A DNA stretch of 53,200 nucleotides, the filler included, from Corallochytrium limacisporum Hawaii (Eukaryota > Protista > Pluriformea): NCBI GenBank assembly GCA_002811645.1. It is 3 parts of 3 records of this genome, joined end to end, with 100 filler letters (N's around TTAATTAATTAA, not from the genome) between each part and the next. Parts side by side here need not be neighbours in the genome. Positions count along the whole stretch, not along the records: positions 1 to 21,704 come from PDIP01000150.1; 2 more parts are not named here. The stretch is one strand, 5' to 3'. Each line of letters begins with the position of its first letter. Positions within the stretch are counted from its first letter, which is position 1. A model generated the notes under the pieces. It was given only the letters and a program-made list of their open reading frames with translations. It was not told the DNA's origin and ran no database searches. The position numbers and the translations under genes were made by a program. Positions 1-11,398 of the stretch are shown one piece after another.

Positions 1-2227
1 AACGCCCCGCCCCGCGGGGACCGGCGGGGGTCCTTTCCCGTTGTTATAGTCTTCAGTGCGGTTCTGCTTTCTCGCCATTGTCTTGTGCATGGGGGCGTTA
101 GTGTCCCTGCTTGCACCACCGCCCACGTACATGCCCAAATCAATCTGCGAGCACGCGTACTATTAGTACCACCGGAGCCGTGCCTGCAGGACTGGGCATG
201 TGGGAGGAAGAAGAACCACACACAGTAGCAGCGGACGGCAACGCAAGCAGCTCTCCATAAGGTTGAAATCGTTTGCCAGCGGGCAGGAAGGGGCGTGGAA
301 CGGAACACACCTGCACATCAAATCCATGGCAAAGGCTTCTACATGCAGGCAATGGAAGGGGACACAAACAGATTTGGTTGCAAGACCACTAATATGGTAT
401 CCATCATGGTCGAAACAGTGCCAAAGTAGTGTCAAACAACCCACGGTAGTCCCGGACACGACCACTGCAACGGTTCGGATACAGACAAATGCAACTGAAG
501 CCGATAGCAACAAGTCCTCAAAGTAGACTCCCCACAACCCGAAAGGAGGAAGTCCACCGCGTACATTGCCCCAACACGCAATTTCTGTGTGTATTAGTAA
601 GCCCCCGCACAGTGTATTCGACTCGGACGCAAAACCTTGCCAAAAGCTGCCGGGCAAGATGGAAGGCAGCTGTTGGACAACAAAACAAAAGCAATTTCTT
701 GGCGAGTCACTGGAAATTTTTATGCCAATGCACAGCAACCGCCCGTAACAAACTTCAATCTCCGAAGTACCACTGCTTGGCTGTACCGAAATCGCGTACA
801 AAGTCACGAAGAAATGGTGCTCTGAGGAGCGCAATGTCGCGGCTACCAGCCGGCCTACCCGTACGGATCGGGGAAACAACAGTCACGGACTGCCCCACGG
901 TTTCTCTAGTGTTCACTTTCAGCGGTGAAGAATAAAAGCAGTCTTTGTCTATTGTGGCGGTTAGCATGCATTGCGCAAGACCCTGTTAGTGTCCACTGGA
1001 GCAGCCGGCGACAGCATAGTACTTCTCAGTGCGCCCTCAATGGGCTTAGTTGCATACATACCTTCCTATCAATTGTATTGGAATTCCTCCAGCATTTATC
1101 TTCGCCTCACATCGAACACCGCCCCCCCCCCACGCTTTCTCTCCACTCTTCTTTCCCTTCTTTTTCCTTCGCTTCATGACCGGCCGAAACGAAAGAATGC
1201 GGTCTAAGCAACACCACAGCGCTGCAGAACTCCCTCGCTCTGGTTTTTCTCTATTAACCTACACAGCCCCTCCCCCCTTCCCCCCCCCAAAAAATACAGC
1301 GCTCTCCCATTCCTGCCTCACTATGTATTGTATCTGGTCTCGCTTTCCTGCTGACGTCTCTCCCTCCGTGTGCGGGGTGTATATCCAGCAACAAAGCGGC
1401 AGCGTTGGTACCCGCGCTGCGATCTTTGTCTCTGGAATGGTTTCAATCTCGCCAGTGTTCTCTCGTCTCAACCAATGGTAGGATATGTCAGGCCAGGGGG
1501 TGTCTCACTCAGCAAAGCTCGTAATCCTCTCGTGGGGCTTGGTCGGGCAGGTCGACCTCTGTTCCTTTGAGTCGGTTCCACACCGTCTGGTAATTAAGGG
1601 GAATTCATTGGTTGCGACCCAATGGTCAATCAATAGAACTGGTTATACAGAACCAGTACTAGGGCGAATTTCGCCTGATCTTCGAAATTTCATCCCTACT
1701 CAATGAGAGAGTGCGTATGGATGAAGAAATTAAGTGAGGGCCACGGGTTCGTTCCAAAATTGTTTCCTTTTCATCACAGGTTAGTTAGAGCGTCGGGTGA
1801 TATTTTTTTCTCTCACCAATTTGTTTCTCAGCGCATATCTCCGTGGCACATGTCGGAGATCTTCTTCACCTTCGGTTTATTTCCTCCTCCCTCTCTCTCT
1901 CTCTGTCTCCCTCACAATTTCTTTCTGACTTCCCCTTTCTCTCCCTTCTTTCGACCCCGTTGCCGGTCCCAGTTGGTATGTCGTCGGTAGGCGCAGAGCT
2001 TCGGAGCCCTGGAGAACACTCCAACACGCCGCTGAACAGTTGGGGCTGAAATTTTATTGAGGGGGGGGGGATTAGGTTGGGTTTGGGCCAGTGGAGTGAG
2101 TACGGACGCGAAAACAGTGGGAGATCAGAAGCCTGTCCGAGGGGAAGGCGTTGGCTCTGCAGTGTGTGCGGACGGCAACAATGCACCGTGACCGGCAACA
2201 CACACACACACACACCCCCGGGGGGGG

Positions 2228-2320
2228 NNNNNNNNNNNNNNNNNNNNNNNNNNNNNNNNNNNNNNNNNNNNNNNNNNNNNNNNNNNNNNNNNNNNNNNNN
2301 NNNNNNNNNNNNNNNNNNNN
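2228..2320. other. Assembly gap (N run)
   Basis: N run flanked on both sides by poly-G, next to a (CA)n tract. Confidence 0.99.
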
Positions 2321-3069
2321 GGGGGGGGGGGGAGGCCGAGAGTTTAATTTTTGAAGTGTGAAAGTTAAAAAGGGGAGACAGGAACGAGATGGAAACCTAG
2401 GATTGGACAAAAAGGAATGATAAGCGAGATCTCGGAAACCATTTCTCTTCCCTCTCCCTGTTCCTTGCTGGGTAGGGGTCTAAGACTGCTGCCGCTCTGC
2501 GTTAAGCGCGTACCAGTAGCTTTGACTTTCAATTAACGGGGAGGGAGAGGAAGAGGCGAAGTGAAAGAGCTTCTAGAGAAAATGGAGATGCTATGCGGGG
2601 GAGTTGGGGGCTGCGGGATTGTCGCAAGCAACCGGACAGGAGAGAGGCTGCAAGGAGGATTTCTCATACGCTTCGCCTCTTCCTTTTCAACCTTTCATTT
2701 CCGTAATTGTGTTCATGTCGCTCTTTGCAACTTTCCCCGGCAAGGAGCTACTTCCTTCTGGTTCATAATGTTTCGATTTGGTGTCAACCCCGAGAAAATT
2801 CTTTACAGGAGGCTCCTATGATCAACTTGCTGGTACAAAAGAAAACAGTGAAAACTACTATATTGTAGTTGTTGAACTTTACGCTTGCAGCGACTGCCAA
2901 ACGATCTTTCTTTCGGTCTCTTGTACAGGATCGATATATGCAAGTGTCAGTGTGTTTCTTATTCTGGAACCTACTCTTCTTTGAACAAAACACAAGGTAG
3001 TGCACATACACCGGCTTGCAGAGTATATAGTTAAGCAAAAATACGGCATTTGAAGTACCAATTGCCACC

Positions 3070-4269
3070 ATGTCGGACGAAATTGATAAAACAATTCTGC
3101 GCAAATATGACATCAAACAGAAGCTTGGCAAGGGTGCATACGGAATTGTGTGGAAGGCAACGGACCGCCGCACAGGAGAGACGGTTGCTGTGAAGAAGAT
3201 CTTTGACGCCTTTCAGAATGCAACGGATTCGCAGCGAACTTTCCGCGAGATTATGTTCCTTTGGGAGTTCAATGACCACGAGAACATTATCAAGCTTCTG
3301 AACGTCATTCGGGCCGAAAATGACCGCGACATCTATTTGGTTTTTGAGTATATGGATACAGATTTGCACGCAGTCATTCGTGCTAACATTCTTGAAGACG
3401 TTCACAAGCGGTACATTGTCTACCAAATGCTCAAGTGTCTGAAGTACATGCACAGTGGCAACGTTGTTCACCGTGATATGAAGCCTTCCAACATCCTGTT
3501 GAACGGTGATTGCTTAGTGAAGGCCGCTGACTTTGGCCTGGCACGGAGTCTGCGTGATACCAACATCACGAACGGCAACCCTGCTCTGACCGACTACGTT
3601 GCCACCCGCTGGTACAGGGCTCCCGAAATTCTTTTGGGTTCCACACGTTACACAAAGGGCGTGGACATCTGGTCTGTCGGGTGTATCTTGGGAGAGATTC
3701 TGGGAGGTAAACCGACGTTTCCTGGACAGAGCACCTTGAATCAGGTCGACAAAATTATCGAAACCATTGGCCCGCCTACGAAAGAGGACATTGATGCTAT
3801 TCAGAGCCCACTGGCTGCTACTATGATGCAGAAAATGAACATGCGCCAGAAGACAGACTTCAGTCAGTTGTATCCTCATGCTCCTCCGGATGCCATCGAT
3901 CTGCTCCGGAGACTCCTCCACTTCAACCCAGACAAGCGTATCACCGCTGAGCAGGCCTTGCAGCATCCATACCTTTCTCGGTTCCATAACCCCGCAGACG
4001 AGCCGGTCATGAACCATGAAGTCGTCATCAGCTTAGACGACAATGTGAAGCTTAGCATCCAGGAATACCGCAACAAACTCTATGAAGACATCATGCGGCG
4101 CAAGGCCGAAATGCGGAACAAGTTCAAGGCAGCATTGCAGCAACGGAATCCCGTGCACCAACAGATTCCTCAACAAATGCCGGCTGCTGGAATGGAATAC
4201 GATGACGACGCCATGGATACTGAACGCCCTGAGCGGCCGGTACAAGGTGTGCCTCGTCGCGTGTACTAG
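3070..4269 (+). CDS. MAPK15: Atypical MAP kinase ERK7/ERK8 (MAPK15 family)
   Basis: 399 aa. GKGAYGIVWKA, VAVKKIFDAFQNATDSQRTFREI (ERK7/8 signature), HRDMKPSN, DFG and activation loop TDYVATRWYRAPE. Start context GCCACCATG. Confidence 0.95.
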   Translation: MSDEIDKTILRKYDIKQKLGKGAYGIVWKATDRRTGETVAVKKIFDAFQNATDSQRTFREIMFLWEFNDHENIIKLLNVIRAENDRDIYLVFEYMDTDLHAVIRANILEDVHKRYIVYQMLKCLKYMHSGNVVHRDMKPSNILLNGDCLVKAADFGLARSLRDTNITNGNPALTDYVATRWYRAPEILLGSTRYTKGVDIWSVGCILGEILGGKPTFPGQSTLNQVDKIIETIGPPTKEDIDAIQSPLAATMMQKMNMRQKTDFSQLYPHAPPDAIDLLRRLLHFNPDKRITAEQALQHPYLSRFHNPADEPVMNHEVVISLDDNVKLSIQEYRNKLYEDIMRRKAEMRNKFKAALQQRNPVHQQIPQQMPAAGMEYDDDAMDTERPERPVQGVPRRVY

Positions 4270-6457
4270 AGTACAAGACATGAACTGTATCTAAACACAA
4301 CACACATCAAGTGCATTTCTCCGGACATGACAAACACATCATAATTCTGTAACATGATTAGTTGACGTTAGCATTGTACAAAAACAACTAACAAGCATGA
4401 TTCATCGTGGAGGAAGTGAGTTGGGCGAATAGGAAGGAATCGCAGCGGAAAACACATATCATACTCCGCTCTTGATGCATAGAACTAAGTGCAGACAAAA
4501 GCTCCATCATTATTCTATTCTAATCAGTCACATATACGATATACTAATAATCGCACTAATCATATCAATGGGTCACAATTCGTCACTGGGCTTATACCGA
4601 CCTACCCACCCAGTCGCCCATGGTGGTCTTTCAAGGTCCCACAGTGCTGCCATTTGTGTCCCGTGTGCTGACTTCGTGTCTGATGCATTTCCATGTAACC
4701 CCTTCTGTCCGTCCCTTGCCCGAGTTTTGCTGGCGATAGTAAGCACCGACCACCAGCCGGCCGCCCCGACTAGCCAAAACACCCCACCCGCTCTTGATTT
4801 CGAAGCGCATTATTGATAGGAAACCGATTTTGCCGTCCCCTTCTTCCCTCTCCTGTTGCTTTTCACGCAGTATTGGGCGACGAGGAAAGGTCGTCGGCAC
4901 AACAAGGAGCCACAGATTTTTTACGGGACGCGCAGGGCAAAGGCGGCATTGCCGCAGTTTGACTCAAATCCGTCCGTTCGCAGAGCGCACAAAAGGAAAA
5001 CGCGTCAACGCTACCACTTTGCGTCCAAAACCATTCCTTCTTTCAGTACTGAGAGTCCTTGCCGTGCTCGGCCTCCCCTACATTTTCCTGCCAAAGTCCC
5101 TGTGGGCACGGTGTAGGGGGCAGGAGGAGGTTCGGGGTACTCTCTATACTCTCTGATCAATATAATGGAACAAGCACTCGAAGGAGGAGGTCTTTGCCAC
5201 TGCTCCACTATGAGAACTCGAGTTCACTGCTGGTGCTCTCAACACGCAGTGCCTGTCGTCGTCCATACCTTGTTCGGACGAGGAGTCGATTTTGTTGATT
5301 CTTAGCCCGTAATTATATATACGGACATTTGGACGACGAACATAGATTGCTGCACCACTCCTTTCTTCATATTCTCATTTGGGGGGCGAATACATTCACT
5401 ACCGGACTCCAAAGCCAGGTTCTCTTGCCTGATTGGTCTGCTGACTGACATTGAGTTGGGTACATTCTCTACTGAGGGGTATAAACCCTTGACGGACAAG
5501 AACATAGTTGAGCCCTACTTGATTTGTTCGAATCGCTAGCAGCGAGTAAGTGTGAGTTGACACGGCGGCGAACAGAATCGCACAGGGCCTGAGATCAAGC
5601 ATTAGCCTCACGCACCATTGGTGCGTGGTGTTGCATCGGACCTGCAATATACATCCACCTCTCTGTCTCTCCCTGTGATCCATGGTAAGATGGCAATAGA
5701 TCACGCCCTTGCCGACCCCTGCATGAAGTTTTCTGAGCAGCTATGCCATGGCAAGCAATATTTGGCGATGGTCCCTCAAGAACTACTGGTACGGTCTGGC
5801 ACACTCAAAGAACGGAACTCAAGTTACCTACCAATGGATTCAGCTCCCCATTGGAATTTGGCCTGGGCGTGAAGACCACTCCCGAACGGTTTCTCTTCCG
5901 CAGGCCGGCCTCATCCACCGAGCGCGGACTTAGGTTTTGGGCCCGACTGTGTAAAAGCGAAGGGACGGAGGAGTGGTATCCACCGACACCAATTCCCGTG
6001 ATTTTCTGCCACGGTTTTCCGATGGCTGCTGTGAGGGAAGTGGGGCTTCTTTCTATCACTTGAATCTACGGGCCTGCACTGCTGCCTTCGCAGATCTGTC
6101 TCTTTGTTTGGGTAGCGAAGTATTGCGAAAACGATTTGGAGTTGCAGTTGTGTGGGGAAAACTTGTCGGAAGGACGAAGAAGAAATGCGGGGAGGGAAGG
6201 GAAGGAGGGGGACGTGTCATCTCATTGCACTGCTGCTGACTGGCAGGGTGGGGAGGGTTCGGTGTGTAAACAGATCGACTGGAGATGAGATTTGGGGTGC
6301 CACAGGGTCTCCGCTTGACGATAGTGTATCGTACGCCTAGGTATATGTGATGCATATCTGGAGGATATTTGAGGAAACCGACCGGAGAAAGAAGATTACA
6401 CACACTAAGGCAATTTACAGCAAATTGGCTCTCGTACAACGGAATAGAAATAGGAAA

Positions 6458-7729
6458 ATGGATAAGCGTCGCTACGACATCGTAATCTTTGGTGCCACCG
6501 GTACCACCGGCCGTCAAGCTGCGAAATACATGGCACGCTATGCACCTGAGAATCTTAAATGGGCTATTGCTGGCCGTAGTTTTGATAAACTGAAAAAGAT
6601 CGCAACTGAGGTGCAGGGACATATGGAGTCTAACCGTGTTGATATCATTGTCGCCAGCGTTGATGATGTTTACAGTGTGCAAGATATGGTCTCTAAGGCC
6701 AAAGTTATTGCTACTACTGTGGGCCCGTATGCCAAATATGGTGAGGTTATTGTGAAGACCTGCATTGAATTTGGTCGGGACTATCTGGACCTGACCGGTG
6801 AGGGCTACTGGGTACGAGAGATGATCCGCAAGTATGGAGACCACGCAAAGTCTAAGGGCTGCCGTATCATTCCCTTCAGTGGCTTTGACAGTGTGCCTAG
6901 CGATCTAGGAGTGTGGTCCCTCTATAGCTTTGCTCAGAAGAATTTTGGAGACGACCTCAAGGCCGTGGAAAGTCGACTAGCGGGTGCCGGCGGTGTTAAC
7001 GGTGGCACCATCCAATCCGCTCTGGGGATGTTCGACCACGATCCGGCTATGAAGACGACTTTCGACACCTACGCGCTGGTTAAGGGCATCGAGGGTCGCA
7101 GTGACACTAAACAGTACGGGTCAGAGGCCAGCCGGAAGGATGCCCTATTGCCCACCTACAACGACGTGACCAAGTCCTGGTCTCCTCTCTTCTTCATGGC
7201 ATTGATAAATGTGCGTGTAGTGAACCGCTCCAACATCCTGCTGTTGGAATCCGCAGGAAAGGGTTACGGAAAAACTTTTGTGTACACAGAACGCATGTGG
7301 GTGCCTGGTTTCCTGAGTATCATCTTTGCCTGGATTGTGACTCTTGTGCTGGCGATCTCAGCTCTGCTTATGCGCATCCCATTGACCCGCTCTGTGATCA
7401 AGATGGTGGCACCTGGCGGTGGCACGGCCCCTCCGGAGTGGGCAATGGAAAAGGGCTTCTTCACAGGCGATTTCACTGCCAAGACCGAGAGTGGTCGCGT
7501 GCTCAAACTGACCATGAAGGACAAAGGTGATCCAGGTAACAAGGTCACTGTCAAGTGTATGTGTGAGTGCGCCATGGCTCTAGTCCTGAATCGGGAAGAA
7601 CTACCCCACCGCTCAGGCTTCCTTACCCCAGCCGCTGCCTTTGAGGATGTCCTCGTCAACCGCCTTCGCAAGGCTGGTATGACTTGGGAAATTGAAGAGT
7701 ACAGCACTGGCCGCGTCAAAGCTGAGTAA
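6458..7729 (+). CDS. SCCPDH: Saccharopine dehydrogenase-like oxidoreductase
   Basis: Rossmann motif YDIVIFGATGTTG, then WAIAGRS, TTVGPYAKYGE, YLDLTGE, GFDSVPSDLG and GFLTPAAAF. Start moved from the track's GTG 6347 to ATG 6458. Confidence 0.9.
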   Translation: MDKRRYDIVIFGATGTTGRQAAKYMARYAPENLKWAIAGRSFDKLKKIATEVQGHMESNRVDIIVASVDDVYSVQDMVSKAKVIATTVGPYAKYGEVIVKTCIEFGRDYLDLTGEGYWVREMIRKYGDHAKSKGCRIIPFSGFDSVPSDLGVWSLYSFAQKNFGDDLKAVESRLAGAGGVNGGTIQSALGMFDHDPAMKTTFDTYALVKGIEGRSDTKQYGSEASRKDALLPTYNDVTKSWSPLFFMALINVRVVNRSNILLLESAGKGYGKTFVYTERMWVPGFLSIIFAWIVTLVLAISALLMRIPLTRSVIKMVAPGGGTAPPEWAMEKGFFTGDFTAKTESGRVLKLTMKDKGDPGNKVTVKCMCECAMALVLNREELPHRSGFLTPAAAFEDVLVNRLRKAGMTWEIEEYSTGRVKAE

Positions 7730-8184
7730 ACCGGAATAAGAAGAATCACAATGCACCGACAGTAACAGGTACACAAACATGCCTAATATTCAAATTCATA
7801 AGCATTCACAATTTCTGAAATGGTAGTCTTAGTCAGAGTCAAGATACAGCAGTTGAGGTTCCTCCCGGTATTGATCTGCTAAGACTTGTAGTGAGATTCT
7901 TAGAAAGAAAGGAAAACCTGCTGGGCGAAGGAGCAATCCAGAAAAATAAAAAGGTTCATGTTCTGAATGAAGTGCTGTGTGCAAGGATGAACACAAGCGA
8001 AGTCAATGTCATGGGTTAAAGTGGAACGAGTACTCCTATTTTCTTTTTGCACGAGCGGCCCAAAAGAATGGATCGACACAAGTATGGATTGAATTCAATT
8101 CACTGCACGGGAGAAACACAAAATTCAATTGTATTCGGATTAAGAAATGGATACATTGAATTTCAGGTGATGTTTACTGCTATA

Positions 8185-9447
8185 TTAGCCCATCAATTCG
8201 GTGGCAATTTCCTGAATTTTCTCGTTGAGGAATTCCTTTTCATCTGATAAATCGATATTAGGGTATTTAGCCTCTACCAATTTGCGTGCGCTCTTCCGAC
8301 CAAGGGACTTTAGGTCGGCGCCTCTCAGGATCTTTCGAACAGTCTCTTCTAGCTCATCGCGACTAGGTTTCGACGGTTTTGCTTTGAAAAGGGGCTCATC
8401 ATCGCTGCTATCGGATTCATCGTCAGAGGATTCCGCTGCTGCATCAGAATCTTCAATGATACTGTCATCTTGCTTTGCTTTGGGCTTCGAGGCTTTTTTC
8501 GCTTTCTTTTTTGGTTTTTCGCCTGGGCTCTTCGCCGAGCGCTTTTTCTTTGACTTGCTCTTGCTCTTTTTGGACCCCTTCTTCTTAGTCTTTCCCCTTT
8601 TCTTTGGCTTCACAATGCTGCGAGAACCGTGTTCGGCTTGTGGCTTCTCGAGGAAGACCATAATACGCTTGATCACTTCCTCTTTACCACCCGTGGACTT
8701 CAAGTCAAAGAGCCTGGTCAATTCAGAGAGCCCCTTCATGGTGTAGAACATCAGCTTCTTCTCAATGCGTTCAACTTCCTTTTCGTGCTTTTCATCGTGT
8801 GGGATGCCAGAGAACGCGCGAATGTGCTTTTTTCTTTCAAGTTGCTTTCCAGGAACCTTAAAAAGCAATCTGTGAACCTCAGTCAGCTCGTCAGCCTTTG
8901 TGCGATCAATTTGCATTTCGATGTTTTCTATCTCCCGAAGAGCCAGACCACTACCTTCTGCGATCTCTAATTTTGTCTCGACCTTTTGCGGTGTTGCCGG
9001 TGCAAAATGTTGAACGGTCTTGCGCACTCGCCCACTCATGGAGCGACGCGGAGGAAGTTTTTCCTCCTGTTCTTCGCTTTCTTCCTTTTCCTCCTCATCT
9101 CTTGCGCCTGAGGACACGCCTTTGTTTTCATTTTTCTGTTCTACTTCTTCCTTTGATTCTAGGGCAGATTCATGCTTCATCGTCGCCGAGGGCTTGTCTG
9201 CTTTTGTTATTGTTGACGGTTTCTCTGCTTCATTGACTGCCTCGGTGGTCTTCGTTTCGGCACTTTCCTCCGCAACCGCATCAGGTTTCCCTGCATCTGC
9301 TGCATTGGATGCTTCAGATGCCGGTTCTACAGTCTTTGCTGATGAACTTGCTTCTGCCGTTGCTTCCGTAGCAGGCGCAGCGGGTTTAGTAGCCTCGTTT
9401 TCTCTTTCTGTGGCTGCCGGAGGCACTGCAGTCTCTTCAGCTGTCAT
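8185..9447 (-). CDS. DEK: DEK-family chromatin protein (pseudo-SAP/SAP plus DEK-C domain)
   Basis: Core GSGLALREIENIEMQI...VHRLLF...KKHIRAFSG, SAP-like LFDLKSTGGKEEVIKRIMVFLEKP, Lys-rich linker and DEK-C (PSRDELEETVRKILRGADL...YPNIDL). Start set to GCCATG at 9447. Confidence 0.9.
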   Translation of the reverse strand: MTAEETAVPPAATERENEATKPAAPATEATAEASSSAKTVEPASEASNAADAGKPDAVAEESAETKTTEAVNEAEKPSTITKADKPSATMKHESALESKEEVEQKNENKGVSSGARDEEEKEESEEQEEKLPPRRSMSGRVRKTVQHFAPATPQKVETKLEIAEGSGLALREIENIEMQIDRTKADELTEVHRLLFKVPGKQLERKKHIRAFSGIPHDEKHEKEVERIEKKLMFYTMKGLSELTRLFDLKSTGGKEEVIKRIMVFLEKPQAEHGSRSIVKPKKRGKTKKKGSKKSKSKSKKKRSAKSPGEKPKKKAKKASKPKAKQDDSIIEDSDAAAESSDDESDSSDDEPLFKAKPSKPSRDELEETVRKILRGADLKSLGRKSARKLVEAKYPNIDLSDEKEFLNEKIQEIATELMG

Positions 9448-10312
9448 GGCTATTGAATAATATTCCTTGCTGTGACCTGAGACCATCCACTGCAACATCT
9501 CAAGAAAGACTCCATATGATCCAATAAATAGTCGTGTACCTATGCAAGGCGGGGCCATAGCAAGGTTTCGGTAACCAATACAGCAATTTTTGACGGTACC
9601 AGCTCTAACAATTATCACTGCGCAATCGATCTAAGGTAGAAAGCCTTTGAAAGTATTTAGGAATTGCCCGCCTTTTTCCTGGTCTGTTGAGCAGTTGGAG
9701 CTGAAGTGGCGCTTCGAACAGGGAGTCCAGATGGTCACCACCCCCAACAGGGGCTAACTCCCCCCCTGTTTCTCTTCAATAGCGATGTAAAGTGGACAAT
9801 AGCATCTTTCTCTCCTGTATTCTACACCTACACCTCGGCGGGCCGTTGGAGATCAGTCCGAACCGGCAACGGCAAGGCGTTGAATTCGCGCGCGATTTCA
9901 CGAAACTGAGAAGCACCTCCCGCTGCAGCCCGTGTGTCGTTTCATTTCACATCCTCACCTTTTCGCGAATCAGGGCAACCGTAAAACCGGCAAGCACTTC
10001 ATAAACTTAAGAATATATTCACCTTTAACTACAATCAGATCATCCTGGATTCATTCACCGCTGGGCAAAATTCATTGTCTCTTTGCGCTCTTTCAGAACA
10101 ATTCGGTGAAATTCTCGGGACAGACAGAGAAGAGTGGGTAAGGTGTGGAACACCTCAGAAAGCCAACGCGGGTGTCGCGGTACCCATTCCTTCATCCAGG
10201 ATGTAGTATAGCGGTTCACGGGGGCCTGACGCAACAGAATTATGCGGGGGCCACAGTAGTCCATATCATATTTCGGCTGTTATGTTCATGTTATTGAAAT
10301 TGATGAATATTG

Positions 10313-11398
10313 TCAATTCTGCCCTCTGCCAGCAGGGGCACTATGTGCAACTTGTGTACTTGTTCCGGCCCCGGGGTCGTTACGGTTTGGGATGCAGATG
10401 CCTTGCGACGGCCCTGGAGAGTTTGAAGCGTTCGAAGCCTGCCGTGATATGTTTCGCGATAGACCCAAGAGGGGACTGAACTCAGTTGGAATCTGTTGCC
10501 AGCACATGGGACATGTTTTGTCCGATCCCAATCGCTTCCCTTTAAGCCAACCCGAAAGGCACTCTCCGTGAAAGCAATGGCAGCAGGGAAGCATGTACAT
10601 GTGCTCACTGATAACAAACTCCTCGAGACAAATGCAGCAGTGTGATAACCCTTCGGGCTGCATCTCTGGGTGTGGATATGGTACCACATTGATGAGAAGT
10701 TCACGACGGTCAAAGAAGTCAATTATACACCCAAGGGGACCTCTTGCAATCCACCGCAAGAAGACATCAATGAGTGGCCAGCTGAGCACACATAGCCAGA
10801 TGAACCAGAAAGACCATCCCAAAAAAGGCAGCCAGCTCTCAATCCAGGGATTATACTTCTCAAGGATGTCTAGTGATACCGTGATGGCATTATCAGACTT
10901 CGACAACAGCTGATCAATGACCAAACTGTCTTGGTACGCCGCCACAAGAATGAGAAGACCGGGTTCTGGTCCGGGCATGATCGGAAATTGAGTGTCTTCA
11001 TCTGCTTTTCCTTTCATTGCAGAATGGCTTGACTCATCAAGGAGCAGCATTATCCGAAACCCAGCGTCAATTGCTGCCTTTGCTTTCTTCTCTACGCTGC
11101 ACCCTCCCAACCGAACCGCCGGCATTGTGTTCGGAACAGCATCATACATAGCGCGACAACCAGTCAAGGTTGGGTCCCGGAAGAGTAGAATATCATGATA
11201 ATCAGATATCGCAAACGTGCCTTGCACCGGACTCACTGCTTCCAAAGCTATGTATACGTCTTTCTCAATATTTCCACTATGATGGACAGTCAGAAGAAAG
11301 GTTGTTACATCAGAGGACGTGTTGATCAGTCCACCTTCTACTCCGAGGAACCATGTGAGGCACCAAGTGAGTACCAGAACCAGTGTGGTTTGCTTCAT
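10313..11398 (-). CDS. PA-domain transmembrane RING-H2 E3 ligase (RNF13/RNF167/GRAIL-like)
   Basis: Signal peptide, PA-like VRLGGCSVEKKAKAAIDAGF, Trp-rich TM helix and RING-H2 CCICLEEF...LPCCHCFHGECLSGWL...CPMC. Confidence 0.85.
   Translation of the reverse strand: MKQTTLVLVLTWCLTWFLGVEGGLINTSSDVTTFLLTVHHSGNIEKDVYIALEAVSPVQGTFAISDYHDILLFRDPTLTGCRAMYDAVPNTMPAVRLGGCSVEKKAKAAIDAGFRIMLLLDESSHSAMKGKADEDTQFPIMPGPEPGLLILVAAYQDSLVIDQLLSKSDNAITVSLDILEKYNPWIESWLPFLGWSFWFIWLCVLSWPLIDVFLRWIARGPLGCIIDFFDRRELLINVVPYPHPEMQPEGLSHCCICLEEFVISEHMYMLPCCHCFHGECLSGWLKGKRLGSDKTCPMCWQQIPTEFSPLLGLSRNISRQASNASNSPGPSQGICIPNRNDPGAGTSTQVAHSAPAGRGQN

Noticed and set aside
10124-10133. ACAGAGAAGA as in U6 snRNA
   Set aside because: The following TTAGCATGGCCCCTG and other U6 features are absent.
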